This document shows positions 19,342-27,788 of a stretch of DNA of 64,000 nucleotides, piece by piece. The translations under genes and the position numbers were made by a program. Position 1 is the stretch's first letter. The number at the start of each line of letters is the position of its first letter. The stretch is from contig JAUNCL010000001.1 in the NCBI GenBank assembly GCA_030535235.1, positions 13,518-77,517 on the forward strand. The letters are read 5' to 3'. Source of the DNA: Bacillota bacterium. GTDB lineage: Bacteria > Bacillota > Clostridia > Oscillospirales > Oscillospiraceae. The notes under the pieces were generated by a model, which worked only from the letters and a program-made list of their open reading frames with translations, was not told the origin of the DNA and ran no database searches.

Positions 19342-19524
19342 TTAGAAGCTGGGGGCGACGCTGGAGGTGTCGCTGGGGTCGCTGGGGTCGCTGGATTCGG
19401 CGCTGGCGGGTTCGCTGGGGGCGTAGCTGGGGGCGACGCTGGAGGTGGAGTAGGAGTTGGTGATTACATCCTGTGCCTCAAACTTCACCACATCCACAGA
19501 CAGGGCTTCGTACAACTTTCTCAT
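19342..19524 (-). CDS. 60-aa Ser/Pro/acidic-rich peptide; candidate RiPP-type precursor
   Basis: AAAGGAG RBS and ATGA overlap with the peptidase stop. Leader MRKLYEALSVDVVKFEAQDVITN followed by a repetitive Ser-rich core. Last gene before a terminator. Confidence 0.75.
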   Translation of the reverse strand: MRKLYEALSVDVVKFEAQDVITNSYSTSSVAPSYAPSEPASAESSDPSDPSDTSSVAPSF

Positions 19525-19979
19525 ATGCCATTTCTCCTTTCTGAAAGATGGTACAGCTTAAGTAACAAGCTGCGTAATATCGTAAACTGCCACAGCTCCC
19601 GGTACAGACGGTACCCGAAGCCGTCACAGAATACTTCCTTGTCATCCCGGAAAATCCGGGTCACCCGGCCGATAACCCAGTCCGGGGATACGCCGTGTTC
19701 CGGTCTGGTCTGGTTGTCTCCCCACAGGGTCAACCCATTTGGCGTAACCGAGCGTACCCGGTGCAGCACGAATCTGCCGTCGGGGCGCTGATAGAAGAGA
19801 ATGTCGTTTTTTCGGATGGGGGAGTCCAGCCGCCGCAGGGAAACCGAGTCCCGTCCCTGCCGCAGCAGGGGCCGCATACTGATTCCCCGGGGATAAAGCC
19901 GGAATTCACCGCCGGAGGCCAGCACCTCCCGAATCAGGCCGTCGTAGTCTGACAGATGTATCGGCTCATTCAAGGGCAT
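19521..19979 (-). CDS. S24/S26-family serine peptidase, no obvious TM segment
   Basis: RGISMRPLL (catalytic Ser), FVLHRV (His general base as in the SipW/SPC type), WGDNQ, VIGRV. Confidence 0.85.
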   Translation of the reverse strand: MPLNEPIHLSDYDGLIREVLASGGEFRLYPRGISMRPLLRQGRDSVSLRRLDSPIRKNDILFYQRPDGRFVLHRVRSVTPNGLTLWGDNQTRPEHGVSPDWVIGRVTRIFRDDKEVFCDGFGYRLYRELWQFTILRSLLLKLYHLSERRNGI

Positions 19980-20235
19980 CCGCCTCTTTCAGCGCCCCAA
20001 GGAAGCGATTCACATCCCCGCGGGCCGTTTCCTCGCTGACGTCGTACTCTGCAACGATGCGCCGTACCAGCTCGTCCATCGCGATACCCTCCTGCAAAAG
20101 CCGAAAGGCAAAAGCGCCGCTCTCATTCAGGCGCATCATGCCGTTAAAATTCTCGCTGGCCTTCCCAGTGGCTGCCACCACATACTGGATACCCACCTTG
20201 CGAAGAATAAAGCCATCCTTAATTTTCATTTTCAT
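19966..20235 (-). CDS. PqqD-family / RiPP recognition element (RRE) protein
   Basis: 89 aa: MKIKDGFILRKV, MMRLNESGAFAFRLL, IVAEYDVSEETARGDVNRFLGAL. Confidence 0.88.
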   Translation of the reverse strand: MKMKIKDGFILRKVGIQYVVAATGKASENFNGMMRLNESGAFAFRLLQEGIAMDELVRRIVAEYDVSEETARGDVNRFLGALKEADALE

Positions 20236-21163
20236 GTTCCTCTTCCTTTCGTTTCTCCTGTTCGGCTTTTTGCCGGTTTTTCTGACGGGTGGCCTTTGCC
20301 TTGTCCGCCGTACGCTTCTTTTTATACTGGAGCTGCTTATCCTTCAAGGCTTCATACTGCCCGGCGTATTCGGGAAGCTGCTGGGCGTACTCCCAGAACA
20401 GCCACGCCATCCGCCCCCAATACATTTCTGTCCAGGGCTTGCCGTTGCCGTTGAAGTGGAAGATTTTACAGCTTCGCCGAACGCGGTCTTCCTGCCGCTG
20501 ACGGGAAATGTCGTGGTCAAAGCAATTATAGACCCGATAATCCGCGAATTTTGTCAGCCCGTAGAACACCGCGTTCAGCACATCTTGATCGCCGTACTTC
20601 AGTTGCTTGTAGAAAAGCACCGGATACTCGTACAGGATGTTGGGGTCAATCTCCCGCCGCTGCCCAGACAGGTCATACAGCAACGTGCCTGCGTTGAAAT
20701 AGATGGTGTCCCTGGGCAGGGTCAACTGCTCTAAGCGCTTGGGGCCAACCCCTCCAGGACCGTGGCGGTTGCAGGCAACCAGCAGCTTGCCCTCAAAATC
20801 TTGATGATAGAATTCCTCCAGCGAGCCCATGACTACCATGTCCACATCCAGGTACAGCACCCGCTCCACGCTTTCCGGCAACATCTCCTGGGCCAGAAGC
20901 CGGTAGTAAGTCTCCCGGGAAATCCATTTCAGATGCAGGGGTGCGTCCTTGAATTTGTCGGGACCCACCGGCAGGAAAATCGCCTTCGCGATGCCGCTTT
21001 CCTCCGCTACTTGAGAAAACCGCTGGATTTCCTCGGTTTTTAGGTCTGCATAGAGCACATACACCCGGATTTCTCTGCACCATTGGTTGTTCACCAGCAG
21101 CGACTTCAGCAGCACCAGCGCGGGCATGTAGTAGTTGGAATTAAAGGATAACAGTATGTTCAT
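20219..21163 (-). CDS. Glycosyltransferase family 8
   Basis: TYYRLL, VLYLDVD, YFNAG, GDQDVLN, HFNGNGKPW. Likely start MNILLSF at 21163 (ATGA overlap). Confidence 0.9.
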   Translation of the reverse strand: MNILLSFNSNYYMPALVLLKSLLVNNQWCREIRVYVLYADLKTEEIQRFSQVAEESGIAKAIFLPVGPDKFKDAPLHLKWISRETYYRLLAQEMLPESVERVLYLDVDMVVMGSLEEFYHQDFEGKLLVACNRHGPGGVGPKRLEQLTLPRDTIYFNAGTLLYDLSGQRREIDPNILYEYPVLFYKQLKYGDQDVLNAVFYGLTKFADYRVYNCFDHDISRQRQEDRVRRSCKIFHFNGNGKPWTEMYWGRMAWLFWEYAQQLPEYAGQYEALKDKQLQYKKKRTADKAKATRQKNRQKAEQEKRKEEEHENEN

Positions 21164-21882
21164 TCCGGGGTTCCCTCCTTTACCGCCTGGTAGGCGCACA
21201 ATACGGACGCTTCCGATATATCGCAGTTCAGAATATAAAACGGGATTGCGCCAACCAGCTTGTCCGCCATATCCAGAAGCCGCAGCATCCGGTCCGGCTC
21301 TTTCGGCATCAGCAGCTGACGGAACAGCAAATCCACCTTCTGGGCGTTGGTAGCCGGAACAACCTCCGGTTCCCGACTTTGATTCAGGAAAAAGATTGCC
21401 TTCAGGGGAGCCGAATCGTTGCAGCCCAAGCCTTCCTTACCCCGCCAGGGGGTTCCGTAGGCATCAAACCGAACCGTTTCTCCGTCACACACCATACGGA
21501 TCAGGGGCTTGTCCCCGTTGATAACCCGAAGCCGGTGACCGAAATGCTGCTGCCACAGCCGGGTCTGGGTGGTTTTTCCCACGCCGCTGGGGGCGAGAAA
21601 GGCGTATCCTTCGCCATCCAGCTCCACCACAGAGCCATGCATCAGGAAAACATCCCGGTCCAGCAGGGCTGTGGCAGCTTTGCGGTGGCAGCAGACAGTC
21701 TCCAGGTAACCGTCGGGGAATACATCCGTCTGTTTGCTTCGTTCTTCCTCCAGTTCTTCACCGGAAACCTGAATACGTAACTGCGCAGGCAGGTCGGTTT
21801 CATAGCCCCGGCACAGCTCGGTCAGATGAGGGAACTGGTTGTCAAATTGCACGGGAATCCCGGCGAGCAAAACATTAACCAT
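21160..21882 (-). CDS. HprK-related P-loop kinase
   Basis: MHGSVV, Walker A APSGVGKT, INGDKPLIR, YGTPWRGKEG. Likely start MVNVLL at 21882. Confidence 0.78.
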   Translation of the reverse strand: MVNVLLAGIPVQFDNQFPHLTELCRGYETDLPAQLRIQVSGEELEEERSKQTDVFPDGYLETVCCHRKAATALLDRDVFLMHGSVVELDGEGYAFLAPSGVGKTTQTRLWQQHFGHRLRVINGDKPLIRMVCDGETVRFDAYGTPWRGKEGLGCNDSAPLKAIFFLNQSREPEVVPATNAQKVDLLFRQLLMPKEPDRMLRLLDMADKLVGAIPFYILNCDISEASVLCAYQAVKEGTPE

Positions 21883-23005
21883 GTCTTCCTCCTTCTCCAA
21901 AAACCGATCTAAGGTGCTGCCAGAAGGATTTCCCGTGCAGCATCATTGAAATCATACGTACGACCCAGAACACAGGCAGCAGAACGGGCGCTTTCTCCAG
22001 AATCAGGTAGTTCCGCCTCATCTCGGACAGGGGACAGAAAAACCGGGGGAGGCAGTAGGCAAAAACCCGAATTACGGGATTGCGGTACGTTTTACTCAGC
22101 CGCTCCATACGATGATGGGTTCTCATCTCCAGGTAACCGTAAGTTCCGGCAGCGCATACCTCCTGAGCCAGCGGTTCAAGCTCATCAGGAATTGCCTGCC
22201 CGGTTTCAAACCAGCACCGGGACAATGCCTGCACTTGCCGCGACAGTTCCAGAAGCCCCAGCGTTTTCAGCTCCCCTTCCAGATAAACCGCGTCCATATT
22301 GGGAAAGCACCGGGCGTAGATGCAGTTATCCAGAATGGAGCGAATACCGCTGCCGCTCTCGGACAGGTGACTGCTCAGATGGACAAGATAAAATAGGTAC
22401 TCATCCTCCGGTTTCAGCATGTACAGCCTGGGTGTCCCCTCCACGGGTATCGCCTTTTCCCAAATGTTTTGATAATAACCAGCGTGTTCATCGGTCTCGG
22501 GCAGGAGAAAGACATGCAGCTCCACCTCAGTATAGGGAGGCTTGAGGTAGGCGGTGTGATGGAAACAGACCTCTTCCTTCCGATAACCCATAGACAGCAG
22601 GACACGTTCCGCCAGAGCTGCGTCCCGGAGATGGATGAGCATATCCAGGTCCGACATCTGCCGGTCGTTGATATCCGGATACCGTTCCTTCAGCCAGCAG
22701 CCCTTTACCGGCATCACATCAATTCCGGCGGCTGTCAGATTCCGAATAATGTCGTCCCGCGCCTGAAGCTGGACAATGCTCTGCGCCAGCAGCAGATTGA
22801 CCCGGTTTTCCCATTGCTTCCAGACCGGATCATCCGGATCGGCGATCAACGGGCAAAGTTCCCGAAATATCAGTGCTTCAATAGAGTGGCTTCTGGAAAA
22901 GTCAAACAGTTCCTGTAGCGATAATCCTTCCGGAACCGGTGGAACCGGTTGTTCCTGCACCAGCGCCCGGATCAGGGATATGGTATAATCAGCAGTTTTC
23001 GTCAT
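21875..23005 (-). CDS. Uncharacterised nucleotidyltransferase (NTP_transf_5-like)
   Basis: PVKGCWLKERYP, RQMSDLDMLI, EVELH, YLVHLSSH. Likely start MTKTADY at 23005. Confidence 0.85.
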   Translation of the reverse strand: MTKTADYTISLIRALVQEQPVPPVPEGLSLQELFDFSRSHSIEALIFRELCPLIADPDDPVWKQWENRVNLLLAQSIVQLQARDDIIRNLTAAGIDVMPVKGCWLKERYPDINDRQMSDLDMLIHLRDAALAERVLLSMGYRKEEVCFHHTAYLKPPYTEVELHVFLLPETDEHAGYYQNIWEKAIPVEGTPRLYMLKPEDEYLFYLVHLSSHLSESGSGIRSILDNCIYARCFPNMDAVYLEGELKTLGLLELSRQVQALSRCWFETGQAIPDELEPLAQEVCAAGTYGYLEMRTHHRMERLSKTYRNPVIRVFAYCLPRFFCPLSEMRRNYLILEKAPVLLPVFWVVRMISMMLHGKSFWQHLRSVFGEGGRHG

Positions 23006-23030
23006 GGCGTTCCTGTATCCTTCCATTGTT

Positions 23031-23777
23031 TCAGCTGCGGTATGCGTTCTCATACATACGATACACTTCTTCCGTATCCCCAAATGCCATCATTTGACCG
23101 TGATCCAGCCAGATTGCTTTGGGGCAAAGCGCCTTAACCTGCTCCGCGCTGTGGCTGACGAACAGCAGTGTTGTGCCGCCGTCCAGCAGTTCCGCAATTT
23201 TCCTATGGCATTTTTCCCGGAAACGGAAGTCTCCCACAGCCAGCACCTCATCCACAATCAGGATGTCCGCCTTGATAATCGTCGCGATGGAAAAGCCCAG
23301 ACGGGCTATCATACCGGAAGAATAGTTTTTCAGCGGCACGTTGATGAATTCCCGCAGTTCGGAGAACTCCACAATTTCCTCAAAGTGCTGATCCATGAAT
23401 GCCCGGTTATATCCCAGAATGGCGCCGTTCATGTAGATATTTTCCTTCGCAGTCAGTTCCATGTCAAACCCGGCTCCCAGTTCGATCAAGGGCGCGATGC
23501 TCCCGTTTACTGTCACAGTGCCTTCCGTGGGATACATGACCCCTGCCAGAATTTTCAGCATCGTACTCTTGCCGCTGCCGTTTTTTCCAATCAACGCTAC
23601 GGCTTCTCCCCGTTTGACTTCAAAGGACACATTCCTCAGCGCATAGAATTCATTAAAATGCAGTTTCCCGGTGACCAGCTTCACAAAATATTCCTTAATG
23701 GTATCTGTTTTCTGCTCTGCAAGATTGAACCGCATGGCAACGCCGTTCACTTCTATAATCGTATCTTTCTTATCCAT
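23031..23777 (-). CDS. wzt: Polysaccharide ABC exporter ATPase (Wzt/TagH type), short form without a C-terminal carbohydrate-binding domain
   Basis: GKNGSGKST, LIELGAGF, YSSGMIARLGFS, IVDEVLAVGD; 248 aa. Confidence 0.92.
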   Translation of the reverse strand: MDKKDTIIEVNGVAMRFNLAEQKTDTIKEYFVKLVTGKLHFNEFYALRNVSFEVKRGEAVALIGKNGSGKSTMLKILAGVMYPTEGTVTVNGSIAPLIELGAGFDMELTAKENIYMNGAILGYNRAFMDQHFEEIVEFSELREFINVPLKNYSSGMIARLGFSIATIIKADILIVDEVLAVGDFRFREKCHRKIAELLDGGTTLLFVSHSAEQVKALCPKAIWLDHGQMMAFGDTEEVYRMYENAYRS

Positions 23778-23789
23778 GAGGTTTTTTCC

Positions 23790-24581
23790 TTACACGAAGA
23801 GGATGAAATTGCGCTGGAGCTTTCGGAAAACCAACACTCCCACCGTCAGCGACAGCGCGCTGAACCCGAAGCATCCGACCCAGTGTATTGCCGTGGGGAA
23901 TATGCCATACAGCACAACCTCCCGGAAGAATGTCACGTAATGATACATCGGGTTGAAGCGGATGAGAAAAGCAACCCATTCGGGCAGTGCGCTGACGGGG
24001 TAGAAAATAGGTGTCAAATACATCCATGCCATTACCAGAACGCTGTACAAATGCAACATATCCCGGAAGTAGACTGCCAGCGCCGACAGCACCATTCCCA
24101 CGCCCATACAGAATAGCAGCAGCAGAGCCAGAGGAATCGGGAACAGCAGCAGATTCCAGGTCAGCGGCACTCTGGTCAACAGCATTACAATCAGGATCGC
24201 AACGAGACTGAAACTCATGGTGACAAAGCTGGACAAGACCCGCGATACAGGAAAAATGTATTTGGGAATATAAACCTTTCGAATCAAAGCTCCGTTATAG
24301 ATGACAGAGGTCATGGCCATATTTGTGCTTTCATTAAAAAAGGACCATAGCGTCTGTCCGCAGATCAGGTACAGCGGATAATTCTGAATTTTGAAGCGGA
24401 ACATATAGGAGAATACCAGAGACATAATGGTCATCATCAGCAGCGGGTTCAAAAGGCTCCAGATATATCCCAGAAAGCTTCTGCGGTATTTAATTTTCAG
24501 GTCCCGCACCACAAGCTCACTCAGCAGGGGCTTATATCGGTTAAAGTGCTGAATTGTTACGGCGGCTTCAAGGGATTTCAT
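23790..24581 (-). CDS. wzm: Polysaccharide ABC exporter permease (Wzm/TagG type)
   Basis: RDLKIKYRRSFLGYIWSLLNP, YLTPIFYP, FNPM. The ATG at 24581 has a GAAGGAG RBS. Confidence 0.92.
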   Translation of the reverse strand: MKSLEAAVTIQHFNRYKPLLSELVVRDLKIKYRRSFLGYIWSLLNPLLMMTIMSLVFSYMFRFKIQNYPLYLICGQTLWSFFNESTNMAMTSVIYNGALIRKVYIPKYIFPVSRVLSSFVTMSFSLVAILIVMLLTRVPLTWNLLLFPIPLALLLLFCMGVGMVLSALAVYFRDMLHLYSVLVMAWMYLTPIFYPVSALPEWVAFLIRFNPMYHYVTFFREVVLYGIFPTAIHWVGCFGFSALSLTVGVLVFRKLQRNFILFV

Positions 24582-24641
24582 AACGCAATCTCCTTCAGGA
24601 TATGTCTCGGATTTAGACAATACCTAACCTATTTTAATCTC

Positions 24642-24670
24642 ATTATATCTATTTTTTTATGTAAAATCAA
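24642..24670 (-). promoter_or_regulatory. sigmaA promoter of the wzm-to-peptide operon
   Basis: TTGATT-N17-TATAAT on the minus strand. Confidence 0.65.
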
Positions 24671-24767
24671 CCCCGATAGAAAAAACTGCCTCCCTTCGGG
24701 TAGCTACTCATAAAACAGGTTTTGCGGAACAAGAATTATGGCAGTTGCCATGCAAGGGTTGCTGACA

Positions 24768-24801
24768 AAAAGGGTATGCACATCAAAATGCATACCCTTT
24801 T
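24768..24801. terminator. Bidirectional terminator hairpin
   Basis: AAAAGGGTATGCA-CATCAAAA-TGCATACCCTTTT. Confidence 0.75.
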
Positions 24802-24951
24802 GCCGTTTATGGGAGAGTTGCGGGTTTCTTCTTGCGTGTAGACTAATTAAGGGCAAAATCGAAAGAAATAGGGGTTGCGTATTACCTATACTCTGATTCT
24901 TGCTTAGAACGCAGAAAAGCTACCGTTTTCGACCTTGATCGCGACATAAAC

Positions 24952-26223
24952 TTAAGGCATAGCCGCGCAATCTTCTACGACATACATCTCACAGCGTCCA
25001 TCAGCACAACAGAAGAAATGCTTATGGTCGCTGCACCATCCGATGCGACTGTGATTTGCTTCGATAACAGTCTTACCATCATAAGTGATAAGACCTTCTT
25101 TGTAGCTGTCCTTTTCACCAACTCTGACAGTGAGATATGGATCCTTGCGCCCATGGATTTCATGGTAGATAGCAGGAATGATGATGTTGCCATCGTAGTC
25201 TTTCATGCCTTGTTTGCCGTTTTCTACGAAGCAAATTCTCTGCCGTTCATGGTAGAAGCCATTCCAAGGGACATCATAGATGCAGGGGAGGATCTCGTTA
25301 CCCTCCTTATCGATCAAACCATGTCTGGTACCGTCCTTATCGCGGATAACCACTTCATATGGATCATGCCAGGTATAGATCGAGGAATATATGGATTTGA
25401 AACGCTCCTTGCCGGATGGGGCAATGATCTTTTCAATCGTCCGGCCGAGTTCTTTATCGAAGACCTCAACTTCCATATCGCCGTTATCGTGGAAGGTGAC
25501 ATCAAGGAATTGGGGCTCGAAGAGGACTCTCTTTTGTGATAGATCATAGATGCCCATGGGGAGATCATCGCCCGTTGCATCCGGATCTTCAGCGTAAAAC
25601 AGGATTCTGTCCTTCCAGGTTTCATAAGAGAAACCTTCAAAGGTTGGTTCTGCGAGCCAGTTACCCTTGCAATCAACGACACCCCACTTACCATCTTTCC
25701 AACCACCATAATGGACCATGAACATATCAGAACGATCGGAGAAATGCTTGATCTCATCGAAGATAAAAGGAATAACCTCATTATCGTTTTTATCGATGGC
25801 TCCCCAGAGTTCTTCTTCTGTCCAATAACGGCCCTGATTGTATTCATTATCCCATTTGGGGTCAATTGTCCACTTGCCCTTTGCAACGATGGCGATACCA
25901 TTTTCAAAGTCAGTAGCATAGATATACTGGGGAGGAATAACCTCCTCGCCGGACTCATTTACAAAGCCCCAAGTACCTGCAATTTGATCATAATCCGAAT
26001 GATACGCCAAATCCATGAAGCGAAGCTTGAGCGTAGATACGCGACACATTCCTTCGGAATAATCGCCGATTTCTTGATAATTATCCTGTCGAATTCTGCC
26101 ACCAATCTCAAGCTCACAGCCATTTGGATCAACACAAAGCCACTTATCTCCGAGCTGCACTTTTGCTTTGCCGTCTCTGAAATCGTCAGCCTGATCATAC
26201 TTCATCGGAACAACGAACTTCAT
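24952..26223 (-). CDS. WG (KWG)-repeat protein; probably the 3' half of a frameshifted gene
   Basis: Repeats WGFVNESGEEVIPPQY, WGAIDKNDNEVIPFIFD, WGVVDCKG, GLIDKEGNEILPCIYD. The frame extends upstream of the ATG as YGFVDKD-M. Confidence 0.8.
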   Translation of the reverse strand: MKFVVPMKYDQADDFRDGKAKVQLGDKWLCVDPNGCELEIGGRIRQDNYQEIGDYSEGMCRVSTLKLRFMDLAYHSDYDQIAGTWGFVNESGEEVIPPQYIYATDFENGIAIVAKGKWTIDPKWDNEYNQGRYWTEEELWGAIDKNDNEVIPFIFDEIKHFSDRSDMFMVHYGGWKDGKWGVVDCKGNWLAEPTFEGFSYETWKDRILFYAEDPDATGDDLPMGIYDLSQKRVLFEPQFLDVTFHDNGDMEVEVFDKELGRTIEKIIAPSGKERFKSIYSSIYTWHDPYEVVIRDKDGTRHGLIDKEGNEILPCIYDVPWNGFYHERQRICFVENGKQGMKDYDGNIIIPAIYHEIHGRKDPYLTVRVGEKDSYKEGLITYDGKTVIEANHSRIGWCSDHKHFFCCADGRCEMYVVEDCAAMP

Positions 26224-27008
26224 GTCCTTATCAACAAAGCCATATGACTTTCCGCCTCAAACCCGGTAACCTCATCAGCGTGAAGGTCCTCCCAGTTGAA
26301 CAAAGCGTCTTTTAGTTCAGAAAAGCTGATTTTGACCCACTCGTTGCTTACATCAACACACGCAACCTCGCAGTAATCAATGTCCGGGCTGATCTGCAGA
26401 CCCAATCCATTTCTCAAACGAAGTGTTACATTTGAAACAAGCTCCCTCTGATACGGAGGCTCGTCAAAAGCACAGAAAAACATGGGATCCTTGTCTGTTA
26501 TGCGTGTATTGACTTCAACCGATACAATCTCCTGACCGACACAAGGAGAGAAGAGGACATCAGCTTCAGCATTTGGCTGATTTGTTCCAGCCTTGATCCA
26601 CCACGGGATACAGTTCATGCTCATCCGGAATTCCGGATCCTGCGGAGTATCGACTTCAAAGATATCTCCATCCTCGAACTCAATCAGAAAGGGTTCGTCA
26701 ATTTGAGCATATCGGCTAAACTGCATGGTGGGATCAATCGTTGGATAATTGGATTTGCGCTGGCGCTCCTCTTCTGGCAGGTGCTCGACCTGTCGATAAG
26801 CTGCTTCTTCAACCCAGTCACGGGTATGGAAATAGCTCAAGCTAATCAAACGCATGCGCTTAATTTTACGGCCGCACAGAGCAAAGCTGTCGATCCGTTC
26901 ACGGATTTCTTTTGGTGACACCATGGTAGGAGCAGACCACTCTCTTGCAGAAAAGGTGTAATCCTTAAAGCTGTCTCTGCCTTTGCTGTAAATCGTGTTT
27001 GAGATCAT
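26220..27008 (-). CDS. Hypothetical protein; probably the 5' half of the WG-repeat gene
   Basis: 262-aa ORF with a GAGGAGG RBS. Its end overlaps the first WG repeat, which is in another frame. Confidence 0.6.
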   Translation of the reverse strand: MISNTIYSKGRDSFKDYTFSAREWSAPTMVSPKEIRERIDSFALCGRKIKRMRLISLSYFHTRDWVEEAAYRQVEHLPEEERQRKSNYPTIDPTMQFSRYAQIDEPFLIEFEDGDIFEVDTPQDPEFRMSMNCIPWWIKAGTNQPNAEADVLFSPCVGQEIVSVEVNTRITDKDPMFFCAFDEPPYQRELVSNVTLRLRNGLGLQISPDIDYCEVACVDVSNEWVKISFSELKDALFNWEDLHADEVTGFEAESHMALLIRT

Positions 27009-27115
27009 ACGAGCACCTCCTCATGATAGAATTATATCGCCGTTATTGTACCATAAAACGGACTGCAGATTATATATTACCCCTCTGAGGACATTCGCCT
27101 TCAGAGGGGTAATGA

Positions 27116-27496
27116 TTAGAACATTTTTATCTGCTCAGGATCATCTTTGCTTTTGGACTTACCAGATGATTTCTTTGTGGCGACTGTCTTCTTAGGTGCT
27201 GTAGCTTTCTTTTTGGCCTCAAGTTCTTTCTTTTTTGCAAAGAAATACTTATTTACTTGGCTACGAGCGGCCTTTGTAGGAATTAGAGCAGCCATCTTTT
27301 CCAGTTTAAGATCGCTCTCGCGCATCTTCTGATAATGCCGTGAATCCTCGGAACACACCCAACGAGGCTCGTTTTTCATTGCGAACACATATGTTTGTGC
27401 TCCCGACAAAAGCAGTGGACATAGGGTGCAGGATGTACGGATCAGCCTCGCCTGTATCGGTTTCCTACCCGAAAGCATTATCACAGAAATGGTCAA
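27116..27496 (-). pseudogene. Possible gene fragment with a Lys-rich C-terminus
   Basis: C-terminal half looks protein-like (KKKELEAKKKATAPKK...EQIKMF). No convincing start or RBS. Confidence 0.3.
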
Positions 27497-27691
27497 TCAC
27501 GCAGCAGAAAGAAGAACAGCGTGACTTTACGCCACGCTGTTCTCACTAAACACTATAAACCTGTCTTATTACGAGTTGCCCTCTGTTGGTTGATTGTTTG
27601 CAAACCGGTTTTGCTCATTGCGTATCACTCCCATGCAGTACTTCGCAGTTCAATGTACTGCAATGACGCTTACCGAAGAATTACCTCTGCC

Positions 27692-27720
27692 TTGACACAC
27701 CTACCAATATATGATATCGT
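27692..27720 (+). promoter_or_regulatory. sigmaA-like promoter upstream of GT4 / O-antigen ligase genes
   Basis: TTGACA-N14-TGA-TATCGT (17-bp spacer with extended -10 TG). Confidence 0.6.
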
Positions 27721-27735
27721 GTAAAATAAGATGCC

Positions 27736-27772
27736 AAAGGCGCAGGCGAAGCAAGTCGCCTGCGCCTTTTTG
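27736..27772 (+). terminator. Intrinsic terminator between that promoter and the GT4 gene
   Basis: AAAGGCGCAGGCGA-AGCAAG-TCGCCTGCGCCTTTTT. Confidence 0.7.
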
Positions 27773-27788
27773 TTGGAGGCTGTACATA

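Noticed and set aside
19345-19455. Short tandem repeats resembling a mini-CRISPR or VNTR
   Set aside because: They are in-frame coding repeats (PS, TSSVAPS) of the peptide, with no constant repeat-spacer periodicity.
19342-24581. Classical lasso peptide cluster
   Set aside because: No cyclase or B2 peptidase in the window, and no Asp/Glu at core positions 7-9.
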